Source: a virus
Lineage: Duplodnaviria; Heunggongvirae; Uroviricota; Caudoviricetes
Reading direction: 5' to 3' (one strand)
Length of the DNA stretch: 64,000 nucleotides
Virus record (IMG/VR): IMGVR_UViG_3300037484_000445
Span: 387,926-451,925 of that record
Under the pieces are notes generated by a model. The model did not search any database. It saw only the letters and a program-made list of their open reading frames with translations, and had not been told where the DNA came from. Positions 9,425 to 18,686 of this stretch are shown piece by piece (within the stretch, counting starts at the first letter, position 1; each line of letters opens with the position of its first letter). A program made the translations under genes and the position numbers.

Positions 9425-10435
9425 CTACTTATTGAAAATACTAGAGAATGAGCTTGCTCGTTGGGCTTCGGCCATAGGGTTAGGTTCGTCGTCTTCCCTG
9501 ACATCTCCCGTACTCGTGTCGATTCGGACCTTTCTGTTCTTGTCGTAGGCCAAGAGAGTGGACCCCGTGGATTCCCACTGCTCTAGCATCTTCAGGCCCT
9601 CTTCATTGAAGACGGCGTTCTGGAGATCCATACCATCCATGAATCCTTGTGAAGCTTCCATGAAGCGGTCCATTTCACCTAGCTTCATGCCTATGTCTTG
9701 AGCAATATACTCCAAGGTTTGCTCGAAGATCTCCTTAGCTTTATCCCCTTCGATGAGAGCTTGGGCCCCTTTCATTGCCTTGAAGGCGCTCTTTATGGCC
9801 TTGTACTCTTCCTCTTGGATCTCGACTTCGTGTGAGGTATCCTCATATAGGAACTCGAGGTTTTTCTTCATCTTGACGAGGATTTTCTGGATATCCTCCA
9901 TCTTTGCTAGGGTCACAGACAGCTTTTCGACGAAGTGCTTCTCTCGGGCGGCCTTAGATGTCTGAAGCTGTAACATGTCGACCTGCCCGCGGTCTTGGGC
10001 GGCCTTAGCGAACTTCATATACTCATCGATGTTGTGAGTTCGTTCTTCAATTTTCCGCCGAAGACCTGTTGTCTGGCCATACAACTGACGAAGGTGCTCT
10101 TCGATCTTCGTTAGGCGGTCTTTCATGTCCTGAAGATAGTTCTTCAGGATACCGATGGGATCGACGGCGATCCAAAATCCAGTCAACCAACGCATAGTAC
10201 TCTTGAACATGGAGGTCATCAAGAAGCGGAAACTGTCATTCATCAGAAGAGCTGTTCCTGCGAACAAGACGCCGCCAAGGACACTAGCGTAGATAAGATT
10301 CTGTAGGACTGTGATGATGAAGGGCAGGAAGTACCAACCCAAAGTGAATGTGGCCACAATGGCTGCGGCGATGAACACCAGCCCTGTAGTGCCCTCAGGT
10401 TTCTCAAAGAAGCTCTTGATTTTAGGTTGGTTCAT
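9425..10435 (-). CDS. PspA/IM30-like coiled-coil protein with N-terminal TM hairpin
   Basis: Two TM helices, DPIGILKNYLQDM, long heptad region. Confidence 0.65.
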   Translation of the reverse strand: MNQPKIKSFFEKPEGTTGLVFIAAAIVATFTLGWYFLPFIITVLQNLIYASVLGGVLFAGTALLMNDSFRFLMTSMFKSTMRWLTGFWIAVDPIGILKNYLQDMKDRLTKIEEHLRQLYGQTTGLRRKIEERTHNIDEYMKFAKAAQDRGQVDMLQLQTSKAAREKHFVEKLSVTLAKMEDIQKILVKMKKNLEFLYEDTSHEVEIQEEEYKAIKSAFKAMKGAQALIEGDKAKEIFEQTLEYIAQDIGMKLGEMDRFMEASQGFMDGMDLQNAVFNEEGLKMLEQWESTGSTLLAYDKNRKVRIDTSTGDVREDDEPNPMAEAQRASSFSSIFNK

Positions 10436-10442
10436 GGCTTGT

Positions 10443-11108
10443 TCACTTCAAGTAGGTTTCGATCTTAGTCCTGTCCGATTGGAGGCTACCAACGATAGCC
10501 AGGTAAGTTGCTTCGAAGGAAGCCCCCTTGTTTTGAATGGTCACCCGTGCTTGAGCTATGGCAACGCTAGTCTCGTCTTGTTGCCGGCGGCGCTCTTGGA
10601 TGGATTTGGTCAAGCGCTCGATTTCACCCACTTCTTTTTGGATCTCTTGATTCGAGGCTTCAATAGCCTGTTCCTTGGAGGTCACTTCGGAAGCGATTAC
10701 GCTTTCGACATAGGTTTGGAACTCGACCTTTTTACCATCGAGAATTCCAATGTAGTGATCGATAGCCTTGGTCAGGGTAGCCTTATCCACACCCATTGAT
10801 TGAGCTGCGGCAAAAGCGGCTTGGAACTTTTGTTCCTCGGTCATAGGGATCCCAGCCATCTTGACTAAGACCTCGCGGAACTCGAAATAGTCGAAACCTT
10901 TCAAATTACTATCAGTTATGGCCTTTTCCAAGATTTGGGCGATCTCGGGATCTGCTTGTCCTAACAGGGTTGGGGTGACAGGGAACACAACCGCAACCGG
11001 TGCTTTGGGTGCCTCGGTGTGTATTTTGCCGTCTTTGTTCGCCATAGGATCAGGCGTCTTCGGAACTTCATCCAGTTCTACGAACAGGTTCTTGAGTTTT
11101 TCAAGCAC
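10443..11108 (-). CDS. Coiled-coil protein, first gene of the PspA-ABC operon
   Basis: AAGGGAG RBS, GFDYFEF motif, C-terminal coiled coil; class B motif 11168-11173. Confidence 0.8.
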   Translation of the reverse strand: MLEKLKNLFVELDEVPKTPDPMANKDGKIHTEAPKAPVAVVFPVTPTLLGQADPEIAQILEKAITDSNLKGFDYFEFREVLVKMAGIPMTEEQKFQAAFAAAQSMGVDKATLTKAIDHYIGILDGKKVEFQTYVESVIASEVTSKEQAIEASNQEIQKEVGEIERLTKSIQERRRQQDETSVAIAQARVTIQNKGASFEATYLAIVGSLQSDRTKIETYLK

Positions 11109-11248
11109 GTTGATTTCTCCCTTGAGAATTGTCGTTGATCACAACCTGGTTTCATCTCGGGAGGTATATACACCAAGCAACGGACTTGGCTCGTACCAGA
11201 CCTAAGATTCTTCCGATGGCAACGACAGTCGATAGGGCAACGACTCGG

Positions 11249-11280
11249 AAGTAAGGCTTAAACTATGCTAAGCCTTACTT
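11249..11280. terminator. 12-bp stem hairpin, possible terminator
   Basis: AAGTAAGGCTTA / TAAGCCTTACTT. Confidence 0.55.
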
Positions 11281-11340
11281 TTCGTGGGCCTCAAAGGGGG
11301 TGCTACGGTCTCTGGGCCTACACCCCGAGGACGTTCTGCA

Positions 11341-11562
11341 TCAGTTGTTGAGCAGCACGCCGGTTCCGGATGTCCAGTCGGCTTTGGCCCGACATGGACG
11401 GGCAGAACAGATACGAAGGCTTTTGCCGGCTTCCACGTCTTCTTGCGTGTTGTTGTCCTTCATGGCCTTACCACAAAGGGGGCAGGGGTGTTCGGGCGGG
11501 ACTACCTTAGTGACGATGCCAGCTTCGACCTGATCGGTAGAGGAAACTTTGTCTTTAGCCAC
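11341..11562 (-). CDS. Small zinc-ribbon protein
   Basis: AGGAG RBS, CPLC and CSARPC. Confidence 0.75.
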   Translation of the reverse strand: MAKDKVSSTDQVEAGIVTKVVPPEHPCPLCGKAMKDNNTQEDVEAGKSLRICSARPCRAKADWTSGTGVLLNN

Positions 11563-11634
11563 GGTTATTTCTCCTGGTACATGTTGGTTTGAACAACAAG
11601 ATTATAGGCTACCCCATTAATTGGTTACAGTACT

Positions 11635-11838
11635 CTAATAACCTACACCCCTAAGCCACTCTAAAGTTAACTTATGCCCGTTACCAACGATGTAGCCTTG
11701 GCAGCGAAGCCTGAGGGAAAGGCGATCGTAGTCGGCTTCTTTCACGAGCCAAACGTTCCAGGGTGGAGAACGTCTCCAAATGGATATCTCCTTGAGAATC
11801 TCAGGATGCACTCTCGTTTGGACGTAGAGCGGTTTCAT
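11635..11838 (-). CDS. Hypothetical protein
   Basis: 67 aa ORF filling the gap. Confidence 0.5.
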   Translation of the reverse strand: MKPLYVQTRVHPEILKEISIWRRSPPWNVWLVKEADYDRLSLRLRCQGYIVGNGHKLTLEWLRGVGY

Positions 11839-11857
11839 TGCGGTGTATCGAAGCCTT

Positions 11858-12357
11858 ATGTTTGTAACAGCCGATCAACTACTTTGTCATCTCGTGGGCG
11901 ACTATCTACTTCAAAGCGACTGGATGGCCACGGAGAAAACGAAGAAGTGGGTGGCGTGCCTGGCCCATGCAATCACCTACACACTACCTTTCCTACTCCT
12001 CACGACTTCTTGGAAAGCTCTCTTGGTCATCTCGGCTAGCCACTTCGTCATCGACCATTGGCGCTTGGCTCGATACCTCTGTTGGATCAAAAACTATTTA
12101 GCCCCCAAGTGGATCGAAGGTGAGCGGGTTGAGACGAAGGAACCCAACACTATTGTGGGCTATGCCGACGGCACTACTAGGTTTTGGATTACAAATGGGT
12201 TCCTCGGATGATAAGGAACTACTCTTGGTCCGAGTGCGTGGCGACGGGCTACCACAAGGATCGTCCGGTGTGGCTGACGGTGTGGCTCATGATCATCACC
12301 GACAACACGATGCACTTCATCTGCAATGGGTTGGCCCTTAAGTTTTTGGGGTCTTAG
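11858..12357 (+). CDS. DUF3307-family membrane protein, frameshifted at T4 run 12182-12185
   Basis: HLVGDYLLQ, AH..TY, SHFVIDH in frame 1; the C-terminal DNTMH motif is in the -1 frame. Confidence 0.85.
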
Positions 12358-12371
12358 GCCGTACTAGCCTC

Positions 12372-12764
12372 ATGGACAACCCATACCACTGGCAGGTTTC
12401 CGTAACCTCGATTCGCAAGAAGGGCGAAAGCCATTTGGTTATCACAGTTCGGCTGATTGACCTGGCTCTTGGTCTAGACCCCTTCGTCAAAATTCCTCCT
12501 GGCCGTAACCCGTTCCCTGTGCCGAGAGATTTGGCTTTGACGATCAAGCGGTTGGAGGAGTCCTTGGCTTCGTATGATGCCAAAGGGTTGAGTCACCACA
12601 TCCCCGATTTCCTGGTTACCCCCTACCACAACATTGTACACGCCTCGTTGATACTGAAGTCGAAGCCTCGGGTAGTGAAGCGCTTTGAGCACGATCTACG
12701 GCTTAGCCTTTGCATGATCTGCAAGCAGAGTTCGACGCCTTTGACGGAGTGCCCTGCTGCTTGA
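12372..12764 (+). CDS. Hypothetical protein
   Basis: Class A motif 12337-12363, 8 nt before ATG. Confidence 0.75.
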   Translation: MDNPYHWQVSVTSIRKKGESHLVITVRLIDLALGLDPFVKIPPGRNPFPVPRDLALTIKRLEESLASYDAKGLSHHIPDFLVTPYHNIVHASLILKSKPRVVKRFEHDLRLSLCMICKQSSTPLTECPAA

Positions 12765-12783
12765 CTTGGTGTATATACCGATC

Positions 12784-13056
12784 ATGACGTACAGATACGG
12801 ATATGCTAGCCCCAGTCTGTTTGAACGAACCCTTCGCTTGATCGGAGCTTTTATTAAGGAACTCCCGTCGATCTTGGGCACGGCCCTTTGGAGTATCATC
12901 CTTCTAGCCTTCAATGCCGCGGTCTTCGCCCTCATTGTGGCGTGGCCGGCGCAATGGCTTTGGAACGAATGTGCTGTCAGCACCTTCCACGCCCCCCACG
13001 TAGGTTTTTGGCCGGCGTTTGGACTTCTCATTTTGGCTCGAATCATCAAAGGTTAG
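12784..13056 (+). CDS. Small membrane protein
   Basis: Class B motif 12768-12773; hydrophobic, WLWN...FWPAFGL. Confidence 0.75.
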   Translation: MTYRYGYASPSLFERTLRLIGAFIKELPSILGTALWSIILLAFNAAVFALIVAWPAQWLWNECAVSTFHAPHVGFWPAFGLLILARIIKG

Positions 13057-13059
13057 ATC

Positions 13060-13233
13060 ATGCGAATTCCGAAAGCACCGTCGTGGAGGACCGTTTTTCT
13101 CTTCAGTGCAGCTTGGAACCTGCTCATCACCCATTGCCTGTGGGGGTTGTCTATCTGCCTTGGGTTGTGGATCATTACCCCGGCGATGGGGCGTCTTGAC
13201 GCCCGCCTGTTTCCCCCACGGAAGTTCAGATAG
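13060..13233 (+). CDS. Small membrane protein (57 aa, not in ORF track)
   Basis: MRIPKAPSWRTVFLFSAAWNLL...; abuts both neighbours. Confidence 0.6.
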   Translation: MRIPKAPSWRTVFLFSAAWNLLITHCLWGLSICLGLWIITPAMGRLDARLFPPRKFR

Positions 13234-13445
13234 TGCTTTTCGATCGAACGCGAGAGACTCTGACCGATGGCCTTGAAGCCTTATTCGTTCGCATCAAGCG
13301 AATAGTCAAGGCCCTAATGGTCCTAGCCATTGTGACTCAATTTGGGCGGATTATCTGTGCCTGGGTACCCTCCTTACCCTACTTCGAAGTGGTCCACCTT
13401 CTTTTGTTTGGTTGGGTGATCTACCTCTTAACTTCCAAGAAGTAG
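13233..13445 (+). CDS. Small membrane protein
   Basis: Two hydrophobic segments; stop/start overlap. Confidence 0.6.
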   Translation: MLFDRTRETLTDGLEALFVRIKRIVKALMVLAIVTQFGRIICAWVPSLPYFEVVHLLLFGWVIYLLTSKK

Positions 13446-13462
13446 GGTTCGTACTACTCTTC

Positions 13463-13684
13463 ATGGCACACCTAACCCCCTACTCCGTCGGCCAACGCTG
13501 GTACTGCGACAACACGAAAACTGGTCGCGAGAGCTTCACGTTCGTGATCATTGGACCAGGCGCCAAGCCGGGTGAAAAGAAGTGTCGTCTGGAATACGAC
13601 AATCCAACGGCCTTGTGCCACAATTTGGAGCAGATTTACAACCACAAGCACCTCAAAAAGTATGCGAAGCACGTTGAGGCTTAA
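13463..13684 (+). CDS. Small SH3-like beta-barrel protein
   Basis: Class A motif 13427-13453; YSVGQRWY start motif. Confidence 0.7.
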   Translation: MAHLTPYSVGQRWYCDNTKTGRESFTFVIIGPGAKPGEKKCRLEYDNPTALCHNLEQIYNHKHLKKYAKHVEA

Positions 13685-13713
13685 GTCCCTACGAGACTGG
13701 CCGTAGTGAGAGC

Positions 13714-13908
13714 GTGACCCCAGGAGATTGAGTAGCTATGTTGCATGAATGAATAGCGGCGGCTCTTGGGTGGACGTTGACTGAAACGAAGTCCTTCTCG
13801 CTAGCCACTCTACGTGAAATGGTACGACCCGTAAGTCCCAAGCTAACGCACGAGATCACGATCGCAATGAAAGGTCTGTGTTTGACGACAGAAGATAAAT
13901 CCACCTAA
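13714..13908 (+). pseudogene. ORF with two in-frame TGA codons (13729, 13750)
   Basis: Class A motif 13680-13705 then GTG; MTPGD*VAMLHE*IAAALGWTLTETKSFSLATLREMVRPVSPKL... Confidence 0.65.
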
Positions 13909-14021
13909 GAGACCCCTGAGGGGGTTACTTCCGGCAGACCCCAGAAAACCCCTGGATGACGCTAGAGACCTGATACGTAATCAGGTCTCTTAGGAAGCCT
14001 CGGGGGCCTCTTAGGTGGATT
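13898..14021. ncRNA. Candidate structured RNA (long closing stem plus two inner hairpins)
   Basis: AATCCACCTAAGAGACCCCTGAGG pairs with CCTCGGGGGCCTCTTAGGTGGATT; inner AGAGACCTGAT/ATCAGGTCTCT and CCAG/CTGG. Confidence 0.5.
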
Positions 14022-14040
14022 CAGTGTGGAAAGTAAAGCC

Positions 14041-14358
14041 ATGTCAGAAGAAACTAAGCCACCGGATTCGCACAGTTCTTCGATCAAGCTATCCGACTGC
14101 ATTATCTTGCGCATCATCGTCGAGAACGATGAAACCAAACCTCCGAGAGGTCTCTATCTTGTCGTCCACAGCACACTAGGCTACTTGTCAGTTGTCGCTG
14201 AAGGTTTCATTGGCCCACAAGCTCTGGTATCCAAGTTTGGTGTTGATCTTGGCCGAAAAATGTTAGTACGCATCGTAGGTGAATTGAACACGACACCCAC
14301 CGAGTACGCCAAGCTCCTCAAGGAGCTCAGTCATAAGATGGTGCGGATCGTCGACTAG
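14041..14358 (+). CDS. Hypothetical protein
   Basis: ORF with GGA before ATG 14041. Confidence 0.65.
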   Translation: MSEETKPPDSHSSSIKLSDCIILRIIVENDETKPPRGLYLVVHSTLGYLSVVAEGFIGPQALVSKFGVDLGRKMLVRIVGELNTTPTEYAKLLKELSHKMVRIVD

Positions 14359-14366
14359 AGGTTATC

Positions 14367-14513
14367 ATGGGAATCAAGTCAGGTTGGATTGTCGTAGCGA
14401 CGGGTATTGGATTCTTGGCTCTCGGCTTGAAGGGAGCCGTCATCGGGCTGATCCTCGGAGTCCTCACGAACAAGATCGTCTGGGCCGCGATCAAGGCCAT
14501 TCCGAGAAAGTAG
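14367..14513 (+). CDS. Small Gly-rich membrane peptide (48 aa, not in ORF track)
   Basis: GAGG RBS; MGIKSGWIVVATGIGFLALGLKGAVIGLILGVL. Confidence 0.65.
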   Translation: MGIKSGWIVVATGIGFLALGLKGAVIGLILGVLTNKIVWAAIKAIPRK

Positions 14514-14516
14514 ACC

Positions 14517-14738
14517 ATGTCTCCAAGTGTGCTCAAGGGTCCTCTTCGCCCCGCCACAGGCCCTCACGACTACGAGGGCCTTGGCCGTGAGCGGTATTGG
14601 GACCTGACCCCCGAGCAAAGGGCTGAGGCCCTATCCAAAGTCGTTTCAGACGCCAACCTCGAAGTACTACGATCTCCCGATAAGGAATTCGCCCGTGGTT
14701 GGCTTTCAGAGCAATCCCGGCACCAAAGGGGATTCTAA
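14517..14738 (+). CDS. Hypothetical protein
   Basis: In operon; TAATG overlap with next gene. Confidence 0.6.
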   Translation: MSPSVLKGPLRPATGPHDYEGLGRERYWDLTPEQRAEALSKVVSDANLEVLRSPDKEFARGWLSEQSRHQRGF

Positions 14739-15049
14739 TGTCTAGACTTAGAGTTAGTGTTGAAGACTTGGTTGGCCCCAAGTACAATGTTGCCTGGGGA
14801 GATCTTCTTCAGTGCCGGGACGTTGCCAAATCGATGCTAGCCCCCAAGGGCTGGGTGGTGATGACTTGGGAGGAAGCTCCAGGGTCTCTCAAAAAGCTGT
14901 GCAATCTCAGTGCTGGAGACGAGGATTGGATGGCTCTCGTTGCAATAGAGCCTGAGTCCTTGCCCGTTTGGGTGATGAAGCTCGATGCTGGGGGTAGTCC
15001 GGACGTCTACGTACTTCAAGGTGTCATCATTTACGTGGGAACCCACTAG
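14738..15049 (+). CDS. Hypothetical protein
   Basis: Start reset to ATG 14738; GDEDW motif. Confidence 0.7.
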   Translation: MSRLRVSVEDLVGPKYNVAWGDLLQCRDVAKSMLAPKGWVVMTWEEAPGSLKKLCNLSAGDEDWMALVAIEPESLPVWVMKLDAGGSPDVYVLQGVIIYVGTH

Positions 15050-15067
15050 TTCGGTGTATAGGCCTAA

Positions 15068-15565
15068 GTGACCGTTCGACATTTAGCTATTCGGGCCACA
15101 CCTTGGTGTGGCAACTTCGCCGATGACAACACGGTTAGTGGCGGCGAGAACATTCTGTATCCGGACACATGGTGTCCGGATTGCCGACAGCTACTTCTGG
15201 ATCTGCACGGATTAGATCTTCCTGAGCCATTACACCGGATCTCATTTGGTGGTTCTACTTGCATTCCGGGCGAGTGCCCGTCGAGTGTGACACAGCCAAA
15301 AGAACCCTTATGGCCTGACTTGGCGCCTCCGTGTGATGCACGGAACGATCCCCACAAGTCCATCATCTGCACGCTCCCAAGAGGCCATAAGGGACCCCAC
15401 CGCTTCTTGCGTGCCCCTTATTGGGAATCTCCAGCTCGGAGCGGCATGTGCCAGTACACGAACCAACGGGGAGAGGTTTGTGTTATGGCCATCGACCATT
15501 GGCAAGCTCATGTGACCAAGGACGGTCACCAATTCTCGGCAGAAGAAGCCGTCCTCGTCAAATGA
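15068..15565 (+). CDS. Cys/His-rich zinc-binding protein
   Basis: Class B motif 15053-15058; CPDC and two C...CxxxxxHxxxH units. Confidence 0.7.
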   Translation: MTVRHLAIRATPWCGNFADDNTVSGGENILYPDTWCPDCRQLLLDLHGLDLPEPLHRISFGGSTCIPGECPSSVTQPKEPLWPDLAPPCDARNDPHKSIICTLPRGHKGPHRFLRAPYWESPARSGMCQYTNQRGEVCVMAIDHWQAHVTKDGHQFSAEEAVLVK

Positions 15566-16344
15566 CCATACCTAAAGAGCTCTACCGTATCACGAAGCAC
15601 ACGAAACCCCGGTATCAACTGTACCAACCGGGATTCAACATACACAACTCGTGTTGGTTGGATGGTAAGTGGATCGACGTTCCTAAGACCGAATGGGAGC
15701 AACGAAAGGACGAGCACCAGAAGCTTTCTGCGGTGATTAAACGCCGGATGAAGTCTCAACACTATCGTGATGAAGGTAGGAAGGTAGAAGACCTGACGCC
15801 TGCTGAACGACAAGCCTACGAGTTTTACTCGGGTGAGGGTCGTCTTGATTGCTTGATACACGACTGTGCCCAACCTGTCCACGTTGAGATGGTTGGTGCT
15901 AACGTCTCCGCCAAAAGCATCGCTTGGCTTCGGGGACAGGGCTACAAGGTCATTATCAATGTGAAACAGCCTGATGGCACGGTGACGAGCCAGCTAGGAC
16001 AAGGGATCCCTGACGACTTGATGATCGACACTGGTGAAGCCTATGATGTCTGGAAGAACATCGTCGCGACCAACAAGAAACGTCAACGCGAAATGTTCGA
16101 CAGCTTTCTTGAAGAACCAAGTTCTTTGGCTGCCGGCATAACTATTGGATCTTTGAGTCTTCCTCAGGCGATGGTAACCCAAGGACTCCTCGAGGTTGAG
16201 GTAGAGATCATCCATGAGGAGCACAATCTGTCCATAGGCAAGAAACCTGACAGATATACGGACTTGGTGGAAGAGCGTAAGAACTACGCTGAGATGCGAG
16301 CCAAGCTAGAGACCAAGGGGTTACGACGCTTACGAACAGGCTAA
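15562..16344 (+). CDS. Hypothetical protein
   Basis: ATGA overlap with upstream gene. Confidence 0.75.
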   Translation: MTIPKELYRITKHTKPRYQLYQPGFNIHNSCWLDGKWIDVPKTEWEQRKDEHQKLSAVIKRRMKSQHYRDEGRKVEDLTPAERQAYEFYSGEGRLDCLIHDCAQPVHVEMVGANVSAKSIAWLRGQGYKVIINVKQPDGTVTSQLGQGIPDDLMIDTGEAYDVWKNIVATNKKRQREMFDSFLEEPSSLAAGITIGSLSLPQAMVTQGLLEVEVEIIHEEHNLSIGKKPDRYTDLVEERKNYAEMRAKLETKGLRRLRTG

Positions 16345-16439
16345 GGTGACGCACAACGAGTGTGCTCGGTACAACCTCAATAGCTCTAATGGCCGAATGT
16401 ATAACTACGTCCTCCCGAAGTTCAATCCGGACGGGACAC

Positions 16440-17129
16440 ATGAGCCTTGGGGGCCGCGTGACGTCCCTTGGAACACCCCAGATGATGAAGCCTAGACCAT
16501 ATGAGGGGGACATCGAAGTTCTGGCATCCAAGTACCGGCAGGACTTCAAACGGCTCCAGCGGGGCAAGCAGGTGGACGTGGTAACCTTTTTGGAGGAGGG
16601 TCTCCGAAGCTTGGGTGGCAGGGTTGTCATCGCCCAAGACACGTGGTGCCACGAAGACTTCGTCGCTCATGATGGGGCCTTCGATGTCGTCGTCTCGCCG
16701 GTAAGCTCTCTGCACCGGGACAACTTCACGATCGCCCACAGCATCGGTCACTGGGCCATGCACTATCAAGAAGGCATCACGAAACTCTTTAGGGGGGACT
16801 CTATCATCGAAGCTCAAGCAGATCGATTTGCCCTAGGTCTTCTCATACCAAGGGATGAACTAAGTGCCTATGTGGACGAGGCTAAAGGGGATATTTATAG
16901 AATTGCCGGGCATTTTGGAGTTACCCCATCCATTGTTGCCGAGGCCCTAGGTGCCCTACCTAAGCCTATGAGGCCCTGCGATATTTGCAGAAAAGAGAAG
17001 ACGGAGCTCATCGAAAAGTCCCTCACGGGTACGGATGGTAAGCTCAAGAATTATGTGTGTTGTACCGACTGTGAAGCCAAGCTCAATTCAGCAATAGAAC
17101 AGCTGATTGCTCGCTTCTCTGGTGTATGA
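16440..17129 (+). CDS. ImmA/IrrE (peptidase M78)-like protein lacking the catalytic Glu, with C-terminal zinc finger
   Basis: RDNFTIAHSIGH, EAQADRFA..LLIP, IA..FGVT; start uncertain (16440 or 16482). Confidence 0.8.
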   Translation: MSLGGRVTSLGTPQMMKPRPYEGDIEVLASKYRQDFKRLQRGKQVDVVTFLEEGLRSLGGRVVIAQDTWCHEDFVAHDGAFDVVVSPVSSLHRDNFTIAHSIGHWAMHYQEGITKLFRGDSIIEAQADRFALGLLIPRDELSAYVDEAKGDIYRIAGHFGVTPSIVAEALGALPKPMRPCDICRKEKTELIEKSLTGTDGKLKNYVCCTDCEAKLNSAIEQLIARFSGV

Positions 17130-17144
17130 ATACTGAGTACCCCT

Positions 17145-17393
17145 ATGAATAGTAAACTTAGACGGAGTGGTTGGGAACACATTAGAATACCCTCCGGACA
17201 CAGGTTGCTCACTCAAACGCGCTATTGGTACGAACACCCACCATGGCAAGGTCGTGTGTATCGTGACTTAGACGGGGCTTACTATGTACAAACTAAACTC
17301 GAGGCTGATAACGGGCATAAGGGCTGCTTAACAACCTCTATTGCAACGGGGATGAGATTAGTAGACAAAGCGCTCGAAAAAGCTGCTAGGTAG
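17145..17393 (+). CDS. Hypothetical protein
   Basis: 82 aa ORF after class B motif 17121-17126. Confidence 0.65.
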   Translation: MNSKLRRSGWEHIRIPSGHRLLTQTRYWYEHPPWQGRVYRDLDGAYYVQTKLEADNGHKGCLTTSIATGMRLVDKALEKAAR

Positions 17394-17398
17394 AACGT

Positions 17399-17653
17399 AT
17401 GACAATCATAGCTGGTGACAAGGTTAGGTTGAAGAGTGGCGGCCCGGCGATGATGGTTGTCGGGTCTCGTCTGATTTCTGTTGGGGAACGCGAGTGCGAT
17501 TGTACCTGGTTTAGCCGCAACGGACTGTTCAAGGATAAGGCTGAACGAGCCTTCTTTCACGAAAGAGCCTTAGAGCTTGTTCGAGCTGACGGCTCTATCC
17601 TACCTGAGAAGCCCCTTGAGGCTATTCGGTCTTGGATCGATCGCTACCTGTGA
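17399..17653 (+). CDS. YodC/DUF2158-family protein
   Basis: GDKVRLKSGGPAMMV...CTWF...F...L. Confidence 0.88.
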   Translation: MTIIAGDKVRLKSGGPAMMVVGSRLISVGERECDCTWFSRNGLFKDKAERAFFHERALELVRADGSILPEKPLEAIRSWIDRYL

Positions 17654-17909
17654 ACACCATCACGTCGTCGGCGTCGCCGGAACTGACGGCTAGGTCACCG
17701 GCCCAGTTTCCGATATCCTTGCAGATTTCGGAGATGTTCCCTAGGACTTTGGTGTCGACCTCGAGTCGGCGGGCTTTGGTTTTGGCCAGCTGAACCAGAG
17801 CACTAAGACGATCTACCCAGACGTCTAGAGTTCGGAATTCACGTTGGAGGTTGTCGGGGGCTCCACGGGCGGTCTGGAACCGTCTAGCTAGCTTCTGAGC
17901 GGACGTCAT
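17622..17909 (-). CDS. Putative virion-internal protein (KLARRFQTA tag)
   Basis: CTTAT motif 14 nt before ATG. Confidence 0.6.
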   Translation of the reverse strand: MTSAQKLARRFQTARGAPDNLQREFRTLDVWVDRLSALVQLAKTKARRLEVDTKVLGNISEICKDIGNWAGDLAVSSGDADDVMVFTGSDRSKTE

Positions 17910-17960
17910 ACTCGAGGTAGGGGATAAGACGAAAACCGCTTAAGAGGGGATCCTGGGGCT

Positions 17961-18311
17961 TCAGTTGATCCCTTTGACGGGCGGTGCCGTGAACTCGGAT
18001 CCATAGTCGACCACGGGGATGGATATGACATGGTCGCCCACTTCGAGCAGGAACCAGAATCCTGGACCAGGGCCCAGGGCTAGCTTCTCCCGAGCACTAA
18101 CACCTAAGGTATTGCTCACGCTCTCGTCCTCATTGATCCTTAGGAACTCGCTTCGAAGGTAAACCAACCCCTGGCGATGGCCTTTGTTTAGCAAGATGAG
18201 AACGACCAAGTCGTCACTACCCAGCCTTTGTCGGGCCATCGAGTACAGACCGACAGCAGTGTCCTTGTTCATCTCGAAGGCTTCCTCAGTCCCCGGGGGC
18301 GTGTTGGTCAT
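17961..18311 (-). CDS. Paralog family member 1 (A..LY..A...L...DLVV...GFW)
   Basis: Class B motif 18323-18328; similar to 23271-23600 and 23602-23949. Confidence 0.8.
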   Translation of the reverse strand: MTNTPPGTEEAFEMNKDTAVGLYSMARQRLGSDDLVVLILLNKGHRQGLVYLRSEFLRINEDESVSNTLGVSAREKLALGPGPGFWFLLEVGDHVISIPVVDYGSEFTAPPVKGIN

Positions 18312-18390
18312 GGGGCTTGTTTTACACCAAAAGCTCTTTTGACCCTAGGGATTTACTTATGGGCCGGTTCCATTGAAAAGGGTCTGGACC

Positions 18391-18654
18391 ATGTACGACT
18401 ACGATCGGCGAGCCCCCACGAAGATTGCTGTGGACCTTAGGAGTGTGTTGGATCGGCCGGCTAAGGCTGATGAGGCCCTCGCTTTGGCCTACCAGTCGCT
18501 GATAACCTTCAAGCAGGGGTTGGATAGTATGTCGGAGATCCCGAGCCATTTGCAGGGGGTCTACAAGAAAGTGATGAACGCTGTAGACACCGTAGCAGAG
18601 GCCAGAAAAGACACCTACGACCTCCGCATGATGGCTCGTAGAATCGCAAACTAG
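18391..18654 (+). CDS. Putative virion protein, helical (MYDYDRR start)
   Basis: CTTAT 18356-18360 upstream; first gene of a late-type cluster. Confidence 0.65.
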   Translation: MYDYDRRAPTKIAVDLRSVLDRPAKADEALALAYQSLITFKQGLDSMSEIPSHLQGVYKKVMNAVDTVAEARKDTYDLRMMARRIAN

Positions 18655-18686
18655 ACTTGTTATCAAGGTGAATGGCAGGAAGTACC

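Noticed and set aside
11218-11244. Direct repeat GGCAACGAC twice
   Set aside because: Two 9-nt copies only; too short to support a function.
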